The notes: generated from the letters alone by a model not told the origin. Shown: positions 8,851 to 20,170, counted from the stretch's first letter. The stretch: 54,282 bases of DNA from Candidatus Micrarchaeota archaeon (GCA_026982895.1 JALWQW010000016.1:1-54282); one strand, 5' to 3'. Translations and numbers: made by a program.

Positions 8851-11094
8851 ATGGTTCGAAAGCTAATAGTCCCCCTTTTATTGTTATTAACGATTATGCT
8901 ATTTCCGGGCTGTATTTATAAAGCCCAGCAGGACCTATCCAGCAAGCTTAAATTGAGCTTCATGACGCCTATTGATGTAGACAGTAATGGTGTCATCGAT
9001 ATATACGAGATGGGCTTTTCACCCACGACATTCCAAGCGGGCGAGACAGAAGTTACAGTATCTAGGACGCTTTACATCTATCCCATAGACGGCGTTGCAG
9101 AAGGTAGGAAGGACAGCGTCGATAACATGACAGTCTTATTCTTAAAAAGCTCTATAGACAGACTTTCCAGCAAAATTTCTGCTGCTGATGCCGACTGTAA
9201 AAGCAAGGTTAATTTCGACATATGTAAGGATGAAAAGACATGTGCAACTGCGTGCATATCCTCGACAGATTGCAGTGAAAGCAGTGGTATAAGTGGGCTG
9301 CTTTGGGATTACAAACAAATTATGGACCGCAGAGATGAAGATATTAGGGCACTTACTCTCCTAGTTAGCGCTTTAAGGGATGGCGATAGCTTGGCAGATG
9401 TTTCCTCTCGCCTGACTAAATTAAAGTTGGAATTGGATGAGATGGCGAATCACCCTCTTATAAGGGAGCTCCACTTTTGTTCGTTCTCTGTTGATACCTC
9501 TCAATGGGACCCATATATAGGTGTCTTTTATCCGTCTAAAAATAAGGGCCTTGTTTTGACAGAAGTGCTGGCAAACAATATTAATGGCGCAGGCCTGGAA
9601 TTAAATTTACAAGAGACAATAGATAGCAGTATAGACGGCAATGTCGATACCTATTACTTATTCACTGATTTGAGGAAAGTTTCATCGAGGCCCGTTGTCT
9701 TGCAGTATCCAACCCTCCGCATGTACGAAGATGGCAAAGCAGTCTTTGTTTATGAAGCTGTTGGGCCGTTGAAAAGAGAGGATACCTATTATGAAGGTTG
9801 GAATCAATTGACAGTAGACCTCCGCATAGTCACTATAAATTTAGGTTGGTTGAATAAGATTATGGATAGTTTTGATAAAGTTCTTTACACTCGCCTGTTG
9901 AATAGAACCGGCGACCCCAAGTTGGCTTTGGGCATCTCCCTTGCATTGCTTTGGTTCCTTATAGTTCTCTTCTATGAAGTTTCTATATATGCAACGCGCT
10001 TCTTCATTATTCTCCGCATGAACAAGCCCATAAAATATGCTTATATGCATGCCTTTGGCTATGCTAGCCCGAGTTGGAAGTGGGATTTGATTATAGGTAT
10101 TCTTCTTGCAATAATAGGTTATGCTGTCGATGTAACGCTTTCAACAAATGTCCCTCTCACCAATCTCAATGTCGATAGCTTAATAAATTTCATGTCAAAG
10201 GATATACTCGGCGCTGTAAGCATTATTATTTTGTTTGCATCGGGCTTTTTCATATCGTCTGTTTTAGTGGATAGGTTTAAGCGATTGTTGGCAGGCTCTG
10301 AATACGATGAATTAGAAACTATGGCAACGCCTGAGAAGAATGAAGCGCTTTGGAAGGAGCTTAAGCATCTCATCGAAAGTGGCAAAGAAGAGCTAAAGAA
10401 AGCCGCTGAAAAAGAGATGGATGTCGGCAGAGAACTCTCAAAGTTATTGGCAATTCCTATGGAGGATTTGAGAGAACAGATATACAATTCTCCCAATCAG
10501 CAGGAAGTCATGGAAGACTTGAAGAAATACAGGGAGCGTGTTGAAGAAATATTATCTGCTGTTAGGAATAAAGTTCAACTAGCGGAGAAGAACCGCGATG
10601 AATGGATTAAATATATAGATGGCAAGCTCACTAAATCATCGCAAGTGCCCCTCGATGCATTGGTTTCTATACCTATTGAATGGCGGCTTTGGGCGGCTAA
10701 AGAATATATCAACACATATCCTGAAAAGTTTGTTGAGCTCAACGGCGTAATGCTCGTTAAACGAACACCAACTGATGAAGAGAAGGTTGATGCATTCATA
10801 AATCATTTGAAGAAAGCCCTTCCAGAGAGTATTGGTGGCATAGCTGTTTTCAAGGGCGAACATCTCATATCTTCGAAGCTACCATCCAAAAAGACAACAA
10901 TAATAGCCAATCTTTTAGCCATACTCAACGAGAGGAGAAGCACTGTCGGTGCATCAAAGCTTTTGCTCATGTTTGACAAGCGCATACTTTATGCTGAGAA
11001 AATGGGCAGCAAAGATGTGTTTATACTTACAAAGAAGGAGGACTTTGAGAAATTAACCTCCAATATAGAGCGTCTTAAAAAGATGCTTATCTGA
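8851..11094 (+). CDS. Large membrane protein: lipoprotein-like N-terminus, Cys-rich ectodomain, ~3 TM helices, coiled coil, C-terminal Roadblock-like domain
   Basis: LFPGC signal; Cys cluster; hydrophobic helices at ~aa 360-385, 410-430, 450-470; C-terminal alpha-beta-beta-alpha-beta-beta-beta-alpha pattern. Confidence 0.75.
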   Translation: MVRKLIVPLLLLLTIMLFPGCIYKAQQDLSSKLKLSFMTPIDVDSNGVIDIYEMGFSPTTFQAGETEVTVSRTLYIYPIDGVAEGRKDSVDNMTVLFLKSSIDRLSSKISAADADCKSKVNFDICKDEKTCATACISSTDCSESSGISGLLWDYKQIMDRRDEDIRALTLLVSALRDGDSLADVSSRLTKLKLELDEMANHPLIRELHFCSFSVDTSQWDPYIGVFYPSKNKGLVLTEVLANNINGAGLELNLQETIDSSIDGNVDTYYLFTDLRKVSSRPVVLQYPTLRMYEDGKAVFVYEAVGPLKREDTYYEGWNQLTVDLRIVTINLGWLNKIMDSFDKVLYTRLLNRTGDPKLALGISLALLWFLIVLFYEVSIYATRFFIILRMNKPIKYAYMHAFGYASPSWKWDLIIGILLAIIGYAVDVTLSTNVPLTNLNVDSLINFMSKDILGAVSIIILFASGFFISSVLVDRFKRLLAGSEYDELETMATPEKNEALWKELKHLIESGKEELKKAAEKEMDVGRELSKLLAIPMEDLREQIYNSPNQQEVMEDLKKYRERVEEILSAVRNKVQLAEKNRDEWIKYIDGKLTKSSQVPLDALVSIPIEWRLWAAKEYINTYPEKFVELNGVMLVKRTPTDEEKVDAFINHLKKALPESIGGIAVFKGEHLISSKLPSKKTTIIANLLAILNERRSTVGASKLLLMFDKRILYAEKMGSKDVFILTKKEDFEKLTSNIERLKKMLI

Positions 11095-11097
11095 TAG

Positions 11098-12996
11098 GTG
11101 ATTCAATTGGCAGATTATACTGCAAAAGACATTCGTGTATTGAAAGGATTGGAAGGTGTTAGGCAGAGGCCCGCCATGTACATAGGCGACACAGGAAAGA
11201 GGGGTTTCCATCATTTGCTTTGGGAAATAGTAGACAACGCCGTCGATGAGAGTTTGGCAGGCTACTGCACCTCCATAAGGGTTAAGCTTAGAAAAGATGG
11301 GGCTGTTGAAGTCGAAGACAATGGAAGAGGTATTCCAGTTGATATACATCCAGAGGAAGGCAAAAGCGCCTTGGAAATTGTTGTAACTACATTACATGCT
11401 GGCGGCAAGTTCGAGAAAAATGCCTATAAAGTTTCTGGCGGCCTTCATGGCGTCGGCGTTAGTGTCGTGAATGCTCTGAGCGAATTCATGACTGCTAGAG
11501 TAAAACGCAATGGCAAGATTTATGAGCAGTCTTACAGCAGAGGTTTGCCCACAACAGGGCTGGAGGAGAAAGGCGAAGCCTCTGAAACAGGCACACTCAT
11601 AATTTTCAAACCCGACCCTCAGATATTCGGCGAGCAGAATTGGGACGAGGACTTAATTGAGACGCGCCTCCGTGAGCTGGCCTATCTCAACCCTCATTTG
11701 GAGATTGTCTTCGAGAGCGAGATTTCTGGCAAAACCGTTACATTCAAGTTCGATGAAGGTATTGCCGAGTTCGTGCGCTACTTGAATGAGGGCAAAAAGC
11801 CCATACATGAAAGTGTAATTATGGGCAAAAAGTATGGTGAAGAAGGCTTGTACGGAGGTGAATTCGCTATTCAGTACAATGAAACCTTTTATCCTACGAT
11901 ATATGCCTTCACAAATACTATCCGCAACGACGAAGGCGGAACGCATGTTGCTGGTTTTAAGGCAGGCTTAACTCGAGCCCTTAATGACTTCATAAAGAGG
12001 GAAAAGCTCCTTAAAGAGGGCTCCATAAGCGGTGAAGATGCCTTGGAAGGTCTCACAGCAGTCATAAGCGTCAAGGTGGCGGAGCCTCAATTTGAAGGTC
12101 AGACGAAGACGAAGCTTGGAAACAGCGAGGTAAAGAGTTTAATGGAAAAAGCTGTCTATGAATCCTTGAAGGAATGGTTTGAGAAGAACCGCGATGAGGG
12201 CAAAATCATAGCGCGCAAGGTAATTTCTGCAATGGAGGCAAGGATGGCTGCCAAGAAGGCTAAGGAGACCATTAGGCGAAAATCTGTCTTTGAAACGAGC
12301 CTTCTACCCGGTAAGTTAGCCGATTGCAGCGAGCGTGACCCTAGGAAAGCCGAGCTCTTCATAGTCGAGGGTGAATCTGCTGGTGGTTCTGCTAAGCAAG
12401 GCAGGGACAGAAATTTTCAAGCTATCCTGCCGCTCAAAGGAAAGATTATAAATGTCGAGAAGGCGCCGCCTATTAAAGTCCTTAGGAATGATGAGATAAA
12501 GGCTCTCATAATGGCGATAGGCACAGGCATATCGAGCGAGTTCAATATGGATAAGCTTAGATATCATAAAATAGTTATAATGACAGATGCCGATGTCGAT
12601 GGCAATCATATAAGGACACTCCTTTTAACCTTCTTCTTCCGCTACATGCGCCCTCTTATCGAGAAGGGCTACATATATATAGCGCAGCCTCCGCTCTATA
12701 AAATTACGAAGGGTAAGGCGGTGCGCTATGCATACACCGACGAAGATAAGGAAAGGATAGTGGCTGAGCTCGGCTCAAATGCAAATGTGCAGCGTTACAA
12801 AGGTCTTGGTGAAATGAATCCTGAACAGCTTTGGGAGACTACGATGGAGCCTCAGAAGAGGTTGTTGAAGCGCGTTTCCATCGAAGATGCCGAGAGTGCC
12901 GACAGGCTTTTCTCCATACTCATGGGTGAGGATGTCGAGAAGCGCAAGGTATTCATAGAAGAGCATGCCGCAGAAGTGGCTGAACTTGATGTATGA
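11098..12996 (+). CDS. gyrB: DNA gyrase subunit B
   Basis: LEGVRQRPAMYIG, EIVDNAVDE, SGGLHGVG, VEGESAGGSAKQGR, PLKGK, MTDADVDG, QRYKGLGEMNP; real start may be TTG 11107 after the AGGTGA SD. Confidence 0.98.
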   Translation: MIQLADYTAKDIRVLKGLEGVRQRPAMYIGDTGKRGFHHLLWEIVDNAVDESLAGYCTSIRVKLRKDGAVEVEDNGRGIPVDIHPEEGKSALEIVVTTLHAGGKFEKNAYKVSGGLHGVGVSVVNALSEFMTARVKRNGKIYEQSYSRGLPTTGLEEKGEASETGTLIIFKPDPQIFGEQNWDEDLIETRLRELAYLNPHLEIVFESEISGKTVTFKFDEGIAEFVRYLNEGKKPIHESVIMGKKYGEEGLYGGEFAIQYNETFYPTIYAFTNTIRNDEGGTHVAGFKAGLTRALNDFIKREKLLKEGSISGEDALEGLTAVISVKVAEPQFEGQTKTKLGNSEVKSLMEKAVYESLKEWFEKNRDEGKIIARKVISAMEARMAAKKAKETIRRKSVFETSLLPGKLADCSERDPRKAELFIVEGESAGGSAKQGRDRNFQAILPLKGKIINVEKAPPIKVLRNDEIKALIMAIGTGISSEFNMDKLRYHKIVIMTDADVDGNHIRTLLLTFFFRYMRPLIEKGYIYIAQPPLYKITKGKAVRYAYTDEDKERIVAELGSNANVQRYKGLGEMNPEQLWETTMEPQKRLLKRVSIEDAESADRLFSILMGEDVEKRKVFIEEHAAEVAELDV

Positions 12997-13005
12997 GGTG
13001 AGTAA

Positions 13006-15495
13006 ATGGCTGAAGAACAACCAAACGATAAACCTGATGAAATCCCTGCCGATGAATCAAATGAAAAGCAGGTTAACGATAAATCTATCGAGCCTGAACA
13101 ATTGAATGATGCCAATTCTGTTGGTGAGAATTCAGGTGTAAATCTCGACGATAGCAAACTCACAATCATAAACATCGAAGAGGAAATGAAATACAGCTAT
13201 TTAAGCTACGCTATGAGCGTCATAGTGGCTAGAGCTCTGCCGGATGTGAGGGATGGCCTCAAACCCGTCCATAGGAGAATACTCTATTCGATGTATGAGC
13301 TTGGCAACACCCATGATAAACCCTATAAGAAGAGTGCCAGAATCGTCGGTGAAGTTTTGGGTAAGTATCATCCTCACGGTGATGCAGCCATATACGACAC
13401 GCTCGTCAGAATGGCGCAGCCATTTTCCCTTCGTTATCTTCTTGTAGATGGGCAAGGTAATTTTGGTAGCATCGATGGAGACCCTCCGGCGGCGATGCGT
13501 TATACAGAAGCTAGAATGTCCAAAATAAGCGAAGAGATGGTTAAGGAGCTTGGCGAAGACACAGTTGATTTCACGCCGAATTTCGACAACACGCTTAAAG
13601 AACCTGCCATATTGCCAGCCCGCATTCCACAGCTTCTCATAAACGGCTCGTCCGGAATCGCCGTTGCTATGGTGAGCAGCATTCCACCCCATAATCTTCG
13701 GGAAGTTGTCGATGCCATCCTAGCTATAATTGATGGCAAAGAGGAAGAGGAAGTTCTGGCGCACATAAAGGGCCCGGACTTTCCCACAGGAGGAATTGTC
13801 GTCGGCAGCGGCTTGAAGAAGGCGTATTCCACAGGAAGGGGAAGAGTTACTGTAATGGCAAAGGCAACTATTGAGGGGCAGAAGATAATCATAACTGAAA
13901 TTCCATATATGGTTAGCAAAAAGCGCATAATAGATGACATCGTTAAAGTTGTTAAAATGAACACAGTCCAAGGCATAACCGATGTGCATGATAGGAGCGA
14001 CAAGCGCGGCCTTTCATTGGAGATTGTTGTAAAGAAGGGATATAACCCTGACAACATATTGCACAAACTTTATGACCACACAGCATTGAAGACGACTTTT
14101 AGCATAATATCAATAGCGTTAGTCGATGGCAAGCCAAAAATGTTGCCTCTCTATAGCTTGTTGAATGAATTCTTAAGGTTTAGGGAGGAGACTGTTAAGA
14201 GAAGGACCCAATACCGTTTAAGGAAGGCTGAGAAGCGCGCTCATATCATTGAAGGTTTGCTCAAAGCCCTATCGAAAATAGATAAGACCGTTGCACTGCT
14301 TAAGTCTGCGAAGGATGTTAAAGATGCTAAAGAGCAGTTGAAGACCTTGTTGGAAATAGACGATGAACAGGCACAGGCAATACTCGACATGAAGCTGCAG
14401 AAGATTGTATCTCTGGAGAGAGATAAGCTCACATCTGAATTCGAAGCTCTTCAAAAAGATATATCTGCCCTCAGAGAAATCCTGGAAAGCAGGGAGCGTT
14501 TATTGGAAGTTATTAAGAATGAGCTTATAGAGATTCGCGATAAATACGGCGACGACCGAAGGACAGAGATTATTGAAGATTATTCCCAGCAGGATGTCGA
14601 TGAACCTACAATCGTCGTCTATACAGAAGGTGGTTATATAAAGAGGGTCCATCCTTCAGTCGTTAAAGCCCAGAATAGGGGTGGCGTGGGAATCCGCTTA
14701 ACCTCTACAGACCAAAGGGTTAGGGATATTCTAACTACGAGCACGGCCAAGGAAATTCTTGTATTCACTACAAAGGGCAAAGTTCATAAAGTACCTGTCT
14801 ATAAATTGCCAATTTTGGATAGGTATGCTAAGGGAATGTACATAGGCAATTTTGTTAAATTGGATGAAGGCGAAGAGCCTGTCACTATTGCCAGATATAG
14901 AACAGAAGGTTACATTATAATGGCGACGAAGAAGGGCTTGGTGAAGCGCGTTTCCATGGATGCCTTTGCCCATATACGGGCAGGGGGTATAAGGGCCATA
15001 TCATTTAAAGGAGACGATAGCTTGGCCGATGTGGCCTACAGCGATGGCAAAGAGGATATCTTCGTAGCTACAAAGAAAGGGAAATCAATCCTATTCCCTC
15101 AAGGACAGATACGCGAAACAGGCAGAGCTTCTATGGGCGTCCGCGCCATTAAATTAAGCGGGGATGATATCGTTGTAAATGTTTCATCGATTAGAGGTGG
15201 CGGTGCTATACTAACTATAACAAATACTGGCTATGGCCGCTTCACAAGAGTTGAGGATTATAGGGTGCAGAATAGAGGTGGGAGCGGCATAATAAACATT
15301 CGCCTTAAACAAGGAGAGCATGTCGTGTTTAGCAGGTATGTTTTAGATAATTCTGAGTTTTTGCTGACATCTGTAAAGGGTATGGTTATAAAAATAATAG
15401 CCTCCCAAATACCACAGTACGGCAGGAATTCAAGGGGTGTTCGTCTCATGCGCTTGAAAGACGATGAATTGGCGTCGGTTGCGGTGGTGCTATGA
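13006..15495 (+). CDS. gyrA: DNA gyrase subunit A
   Basis: [29 protein letters not shown] (catalytic Tyr), GyrA-box-like QNRGGVG, beta-pinwheel repeats. Confidence 0.98.
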   Translation: MAEEQPNDKPDEIPADESNEKQVNDKSIEPEQLNDANSVGENSGVNLDDSKLTIINIEEEMKYSYLSYAMSVIVARALPDVRDGLKPVHRRILYSMYELGNTHDKPYKKSARIVGEVLGKYHPHGDAAIYDTLVRMAQPFSLRYLLVDGQGNFGSIDGDPPAAMRYTEARMSKISEEMVKELGEDTVDFTPNFDNTLKEPAILPARIPQLLINGSSGIAVAMVSSIPPHNLREVVDAILAIIDGKEEEEVLAHIKGPDFPTGGIVVGSGLKKAYSTGRGRVTVMAKATIEGQKIIITEIPYMVSKKRIIDDIVKVVKMNTVQGITDVHDRSDKRGLSLEIVVKKGYNPDNILHKLYDHTALKTTFSIISIALVDGKPKMLPLYSLLNEFLRFREETVKRRTQYRLRKAEKRAHIIEGLLKALSKIDKTVALLKSAKDVKDAKEQLKTLLEIDDEQAQAILDMKLQKIVSLERDKLTSEFEALQKDISALREILESRERLLEVIKNELIEIRDKYGDDRRTEIIEDYSQQDVDEPTIVVYTEGGYIKRVHPSVVKAQNRGGVGIRLTSTDQRVRDILTTSTAKEILVFTTKGKVHKVPVYKLPILDRYAKGMYIGNFVKLDEGEEPVTIARYRTEGYIIMATKKGLVKRVSMDAFAHIRAGGIRAISFKGDDSLADVAYSDGKEDIFVATKKGKSILFPQGQIRETGRASMGVRAIKLSGDDIVVNVSSIRGGGAILTITNTGYGRFTRVEDYRVQNRGGSGIINIRLKQGEHVVFSRYVLDNSEFLLTSVKGMVIKIIASQIPQYGRNSRGVRLMRLKDDELASVAVVL

Positions 15496-16838
15496 ATCAT
15501 GCAAAAGGTATATTTATACGGGCATTTATTTTAGCGATTCTTTTGCTTCCCTTTATGCTAGCTGCTAATTTGTGCAGGCCTAAATTTATAGAATCCTTAC
15601 ATATGCAAGTTGTCGATGCAGATGGCTATGCTATACCCAATGTTTCCATCAGTTTGAGATATCAACGCTCAGCCACAGTCTATGTTTATGAGAATGGCAG
15701 GTATGTGCCAGATTACCGCACGACGAATCCTGTATATACTGATTGGCGTGGGCAGGCAAATGTTACTGTTGTGAATACAGAGAGCGATTCCTCCAAGCTC
15801 GATTGTAATATACAGGTAACCCTTGAATATTTTGGTAAAAAATACTATCATACTATAAGCCTGAAGGATGTGCCTCCAGATTATTTCACATTCACTCTCT
15901 CTGATGTTAGGAGGGTTCATGTTAGAGTCTTAGACGAAGGTAGGGCAGTACCTTCCTTCAAGCTTTATGTATCTGCCAGAGGCACTGACGCATCTTGGTC
16001 CGTCAATGGCAATGAGTTTTATGTTGAGCTGCCGGAAGGCTCTATTCAAGGTTATGTATATAATCCCGCAAAGGACTTGAAGATGTTTTTCTCAGAGTAT
16101 GTAAATAAGGATTATGGCGGACTACTAATTGATTTTAGGCGTGTCCCTCTAACCATAAAGGTTAGCGACGATTTAGGCATGCCTCTGCCTTTTACCGTGA
16201 TTGTGGATGGAAAGAGTTATTTTGGCGCTAAAAATGGCGTTAATATCTCATTATATGATAAGCCTATAAATGCTACATTACTCGTCAATGGGACTGAAAT
16301 GGCAATAACATTGAACCCTAAATTGGGCGAGCAATCTTATTATATAGATAGACACAGCCCCTATCTTGTGAATACACGGCTCCGATTGAAAGACAAGGAC
16401 AAGTATGAATATACACTCTCCTTCATGGCTGTCGATAGAGGTAACTATGCTTCTGGCGTTGCTTCTGCTAAGCTCTATACAAAAGGTGAAGATGGCGAGT
16501 GGCACGAATACAGTTTGAGCTACGACGGAAGCGTCTATGTTGCTGAATTTTATGGCGTAAAGAAGGATGTTGATGTCAAGATAGTTCTTAAAGATGAATG
16601 GGGTAATGAGCGCATAATACTTGGTAAAGTGGATGTGAGCAACGACGACTCCTCTTCAAGTACAGCCTCTACTTCTCAGTCATCAAATGAGGGAAAGGCT
16701 GCTGATAGTGGCTCTAAAAAATCCTCTCCAGGCTTATTGGACCTTATCATTAAGGGTGTTTTGGCTTTAGTGGGCTTGCTCGTTGTGGGAAGCATTATTT
16801 ATTATATAAAGGTTATGTATCTCGATGAGGGAGAGTGA
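15492..16838 (+). CDS. Secreted, C-terminally membrane-anchored beta-rich surface protein
   Basis: Signal peptide, Ig/carboxypeptidase-regulatory-like beta segments ([14 protein letters not shown]), Ser-rich linker, C-terminal TM. Confidence 0.75.
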   Translation: MNHAKGIFIRAFILAILLLPFMLAANLCRPKFIESLHMQVVDADGYAIPNVSISLRYQRSATVYVYENGRYVPDYRTTNPVYTDWRGQANVTVVNTESDSSKLDCNIQVTLEYFGKKYYHTISLKDVPPDYFTFTLSDVRRVHVRVLDEGRAVPSFKLYVSARGTDASWSVNGNEFYVELPEGSIQGYVYNPAKDLKMFFSEYVNKDYGGLLIDFRRVPLTIKVSDDLGMPLPFTVIVDGKSYFGAKNGVNISLYDKPINATLLVNGTEMAITLNPKLGEQSYYIDRHSPYLVNTRLRLKDKDKYEYTLSFMAVDRGNYASGVASAKLYTKGEDGEWHEYSLSYDGSVYVAEFYGVKKDVDVKIVLKDEWGNERIILGKVDVSNDDSSSSTASTSQSSNEGKAADSGSKKSSPGLLDLIIKGVLALVGLLVVGSIIYYIKVMYLDEGE

Positions 16839-17474
16839 GTGCGCTGCCCCTCTAAAATCTTATACAAGAGGCTTAAAGCAGCTTATGGCAGCAAAGAAAG
16901 GTGGTGGCCCGGCGAAGGGACTTTTGAGGTTGTAGTCGGTGCATTGCTTACGCAGAACACATCCTGGCAGAATGTCGAGAAGGCTATTAATAACTTAAAG
17001 CAGGTAAAAGCACTATCGCCGCAAGCTATATTGAATATGCCCTTGGAGAAGCTCCAAGACCTCATAAGGCCAGCGGGTTTTTATAGACAGAAGGCAGAGC
17101 GTCTAAAAGCATTGGTGAAGGTTGTTTTAGAAGGCAGCATTGATAGAGGCACATTGCTTGATGTTAAGGGTATTGGGAAGGAAACCGCTGATAGTATATT
17201 GCTCTATGGCTATAACAAGCCTTTCTTCGTCGTCGATGCATATACGCGAAGATTATGCTCCCGCCTAATGGAGGTGGATTGTATGAAAATAGAGTATGAT
17301 GAGCTTGCAGAGGCTTTCACAACATCCCTCCCCAAAGATGCTGCTGTTTATAAAGAGCTCCATGCTTTAATCGTCGAACATGCTAAGCAGAGGTGCTTAA
17401 AGAGGCAGCCGAAATGTGAGAGCTGCCCTTTAAAAAATATGTGTCTCTTTTATACCCGTGGACCAAGAACATAA
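16839..17474 (+). CDS. Endonuclease III-related HhH-GPD DNA glycosylase with Fe-S cluster
   Basis: FEVVVGALLTQNTSWQNV, LLDVKGIGKETADSILLY, VVDAYTRR, C-X6-C-X2-C-X5-C. Confidence 0.92.
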   Translation: MRCPSKILYKRLKAAYGSKERWWPGEGTFEVVVGALLTQNTSWQNVEKAINNLKQVKALSPQAILNMPLEKLQDLIRPAGFYRQKAERLKALVKVVLEGSIDRGTLLDVKGIGKETADSILLYGYNKPFFVVDAYTRRLCSRLMEVDCMKIEYDELAEAFTTSLPKDAAVYKELHALIVEHAKQRCLKRQPKCESCPLKNMCLFYTRGPRT

Positions 17475-18654
17475 AGAGAAGAATCTTGAGCCTTTTGAGC
17501 TTCCGAAAGAAGAGAAGAAAGTTGATTTTTCCACTTATAGCGAAAGGGAATCAAAACCCCCTATTGCTGAAATGAATGAAGAATTATCTTCTATTCAAGA
17601 TGCACTCGCTTATGTCTATGGCGAATCCACGGACATGTCGCAGCCCTTCGCAGCTGTTAGGGACATGATATTAAACCCTAAAGGGCTAAATCCTCAAAAG
17701 CTCGAGGATGAATTGGATAAAATAACGGATGCCTTTGGCATGAGGAAGAAGCTTCTTCGCTTAGCTACAATGTCTATCATGGAGTGGTGCCAAACTTATG
17801 GCTGCCCGAGGGAAACCGAGTTGAAGGCAAGGGAGTGGGCAGAGGAGCTTGAACATATAAAGGAAGAGGAGAAAAAAGAAGAAGAGCGTCTATTGAAGCT
17901 CGTTAATGAGCCAAAACAGAGCCTCCGTTCGTTTATTGCTGCCATAAAGGATACTGTAAAAAAAGGCGTTAAAGTTGCCCCAAATCTTTATCTAACAACA
18001 TTCCTATTCTCTGTGAAGCGTGCCAATGAGTATTTGTCCAATGAAAATATAGACGCCTATTTGGGCGAGGTTTCGCTCATACCTTCTGAAAGGCTCATGG
18101 GTGTGAATGGCTCGGCCTTGGCTCAGCTCATTAACGATAATAAGATAGAGGCTGCTCAGCATTTGTTAAAGGAGCTTGAAAAAGCCCATCAGCCCTTTCT
18201 CCTCAGGATAGAGCCTAAGGGAAAAATCTCATTGGAGGCTCCACTCTTTTCAGTTGAAGCATCCAAGGAAGCTGAGTTGAAAATAGAGAGGGAAAAAGGC
18301 AGAATAAAAATAACCTTTTACAAAAAAGCAGACCCCCTTATGAAAGTGGCAAGGGAGGTAGCAAAAGAATTAATCTACGAGATGGGCGGCGAGATTAAAA
18401 ACGAAGATACATCTTCTCTTGTATTCGATGCCGAGGCAGATGGTGATATAAAAAGGCTGGTTATAAATGCCAAAGAGGAGATAAAGGTTTTGGTCAATGG
18501 AAAGCTTGTTATGAGTGGTATCCACACATTTAAAGGTCCATTAAAAGTAGAAATCGTTTCTAAATATGGTCGTGTAACTTACACCATAAAGGAGCCTCTC
18601 ATTCTTCATTTGGAATTGAGAAAAATTATCAATAAAGTTTTAGATGAGAAGTAA
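17458..18654 (+). CDS. Hypothetical protein
   Basis: 398-aa ORF with genome-typical codon usage; no recognised motif. Confidence 0.7.
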   Translation: MDQEHKEKNLEPFELPKEEKKVDFSTYSERESKPPIAEMNEELSSIQDALAYVYGESTDMSQPFAAVRDMILNPKGLNPQKLEDELDKITDAFGMRKKLLRLATMSIMEWCQTYGCPRETELKAREWAEELEHIKEEEKKEEERLLKLVNEPKQSLRSFIAAIKDTVKKGVKVAPNLYLTTFLFSVKRANEYLSNENIDAYLGEVSLIPSERLMGVNGSALAQLINDNKIEAAQHLLKELEKAHQPFLLRIEPKGKISLEAPLFSVEASKEAELKIEREKGRIKITFYKKADPLMKVAREVAKELIYEMGGEIKNEDTSSLVFDAEADGDIKRLVINAKEEIKVLVNGKLVMSGIHTFKGPLKVEIVSKYGRVTYTIKEPLILHLELRKIINKVLDEK

Positions 18655-18970
18655 CGGTATCGACCTTTTTTTCAAAATCAGGCCCTATTGCTATAGCCGT
18701 TAGGCTATTTGGAGCTATTTGCGTTAAGCCTGCATCGTGTATAATTGCCACGACGAGGCCTTGCCTCCTTCCTTCTTCGGCGATTTTAATGAGCTCATCC
18801 TCGCTCGCCTTCAAGACAACTTTTTTAGCCCCCTCTCTTAACCATTTATCTCTTATATCGCCGGGGCTCTTAATAAAAGCGTGAAGGGAAGCGTGCGCTA
18901 CTTGAGCACATGCTTTGCCCTTTCCCATGTTCAGGTCTTTATTTACGACGATAACCTGCTTAAACTCCAT
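18629..18970 (-). CDS. pth2: Peptidyl-tRNA hydrolase Pth2
   Basis: KQVIVVNKDLNMGKGKACAQVAHA, KKVVLK, DAGLTQI, AIGP. Confidence 0.96.
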   Translation of the reverse strand: MEFKQVIVVNKDLNMGKGKACAQVAHASLHAFIKSPGDIRDKWLREGAKKVVLKASEDELIKIAEEGRRQGLVVAIIHDAGLTQIAPNSLTAIAIGPDFEKKVDTVTSHLKLY

Positions 18971-19371
18971 TAGTTAGAGGCCTCTCCACTTACAAGCTTG
19001 GCATTGACTATGCCGTGTTGGCTCGGCCTGCTTGTTATAACGGCCTTTCCAATCTCTGTCTGTATAATGGCGCCTTTAACCATAATGTTCTGCCTTGTCA
19101 ATGTTGGCGTATTACTCTCTATAACCTGCAGGATTTTAACCTTTTTTATACCCTCTTTGGTTGCTACATTGGCGTATTTCTCTTCTTTTAGCTTGATTTT
19201 TATAGTCTTTCCTCTTCCTCGTGTCTTCTTTATCTTTCTCTCATCTCCGACCTTCGTGTGCGTCGGATAGCCACCGACATGGGCTAATCGTTTGTCCCTG
19301 TGCTTAACCTTTTTAGCGCCAGTTCCTCTACTAACCTTTCCCTTGACAACTTCATGATATTGCTTCTTCAT
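18970..19371 (-). CDS. rps8e: 30S ribosomal protein S8e
   Basis: RGRGKTIKIKL, RQNIMVKGAIIQTEIGKAVITSRPSQHGIVNA. Confidence 0.95.
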   Translation of the reverse strand: MKKQYHEVVKGKVSRGTGAKKVKHRDKRLAHVGGYPTHTKVGDERKIKKTRGRGKTIKIKLKEEKYANVATKEGIKKVKILQVIESNTPTLTRQNIMVKGAIIQTEIGKAVITSRPSQHGIVNAKLVSGEASN

Positions 19372-19424
19372 GGCCCTATTTTGTAGCCATAACCTTTATA
19401 AAATCCTCTGCCACTAATTAAGCC

Positions 19425-19601
19425 ATGACTGAACGCTACAATAAATATGAGAAGGCCAGGCTTGTAGGAGCTAGAGCTTTCCAGATAGCAGTCAACGCTC
19501 CTCCTCTTGTCCCAGTAAGCCCTCATAAGGAGCCCATTGATTTGGCGACAGAGGAGTATTACCAGAAAAAAATTCCCCTTGAAGTGGTAAGGAAGCGATG
19601 A
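19425..19601 (+). CDS. rpoK: DNA-directed RNA polymerase subunit K/Rpo6 (58 aa; absent from ORF track)
   Basis: Own translation MTERYNKYEKARLVGARAFQIAVNAPPLV...PIDLATEEYYQKKIPLEVVRKR; TTTATAAA ~25 nt upstream, shared with divergent rps8e. Confidence 0.95.
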   Translation: MTERYNKYEKARLVGARAFQIAVNAPPLVPVSPHKEPIDLATEEYYQKKIPLEVVRKR

Positions 19602-20170
19602 TTTCCTATATTCAGCTTTTTTTAATTATCTCTTTTTTCAATGTTTGGCCTGCATTAGCTCCTCCTACATGGGTTGTTTTAGGCGATTTAACCCTTAAAT
19701 GGGGCCTCAACCCTTTTATAGCACTGTTTGTCGGCGTTTTAGGCGCTGCAACAGGTAGGGGCATTCTTTATCTGTTTTCTGAATTTTTTTACCCCTTTTT
19801 GCCCGATGATAAAAAGGCAAAGGTTAAACATTATAGGGTTGTTTTGTATAAGCAGCGTTTTCGTCTAGCCGAGCTTATTTTTTTGTATTCCTTGGGGCCT
19901 TTGCCAAGCAATGTCATATTCATATTGGGAGGCCTCATAAAAGCGCCGTTTCTTCCTATTGCTACGGGTTTTGTTTTGGGCAGGTTGCTGAGCTATGGTA
20001 TGGGCATATTTTTGTTCAACCAAGGCGTAACCTTTTTGAAAGATGCAGGCTTTAACCTTCTTCCTTATCTCGATTTTATAACTCTTCTCCTTACACTAGC
20101 TCTTGTATTCATTGATTGGGAGAAATTATTAGATAACCACCTTAAAAAAATAAAAAAGGAGAAACATTAG
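19598..20170 (+). CDS. DedA/VTT-like membrane protein
   Basis: PALAPPTW, GAATGRGILY, SLGPLPSN, GFVLGRLLSY; several TM helices. Confidence 0.75.
   Translation: MISYIQLFLIISFFNVWPALAPPTWVVLGDLTLKWGLNPFIALFVGVLGAATGRGILYLFSEFFYPFLPDDKKAKVKHYRVVLYKQRFRLAELIFLYSLGPLPSNVIFILGGLIKAPFLPIATGFVLGRLLSYGMGIFLFNQGVTFLKDAGFNLLPYLDFITLLLTLALVFIDWEKLLDNHLKKIKKEKH

Noticed and set aside
11098-15495. Inteins in gyrase subunits
   Set aside because: Lengths are normal and no intein or LAGLIDADG motifs are visible
18629-18654. Convergent 3' overlaps (also 20167-20170, 30015-30049, 43800-43814)
   Set aside because: Ordinary consequence of compact genome packing, not a distinct system
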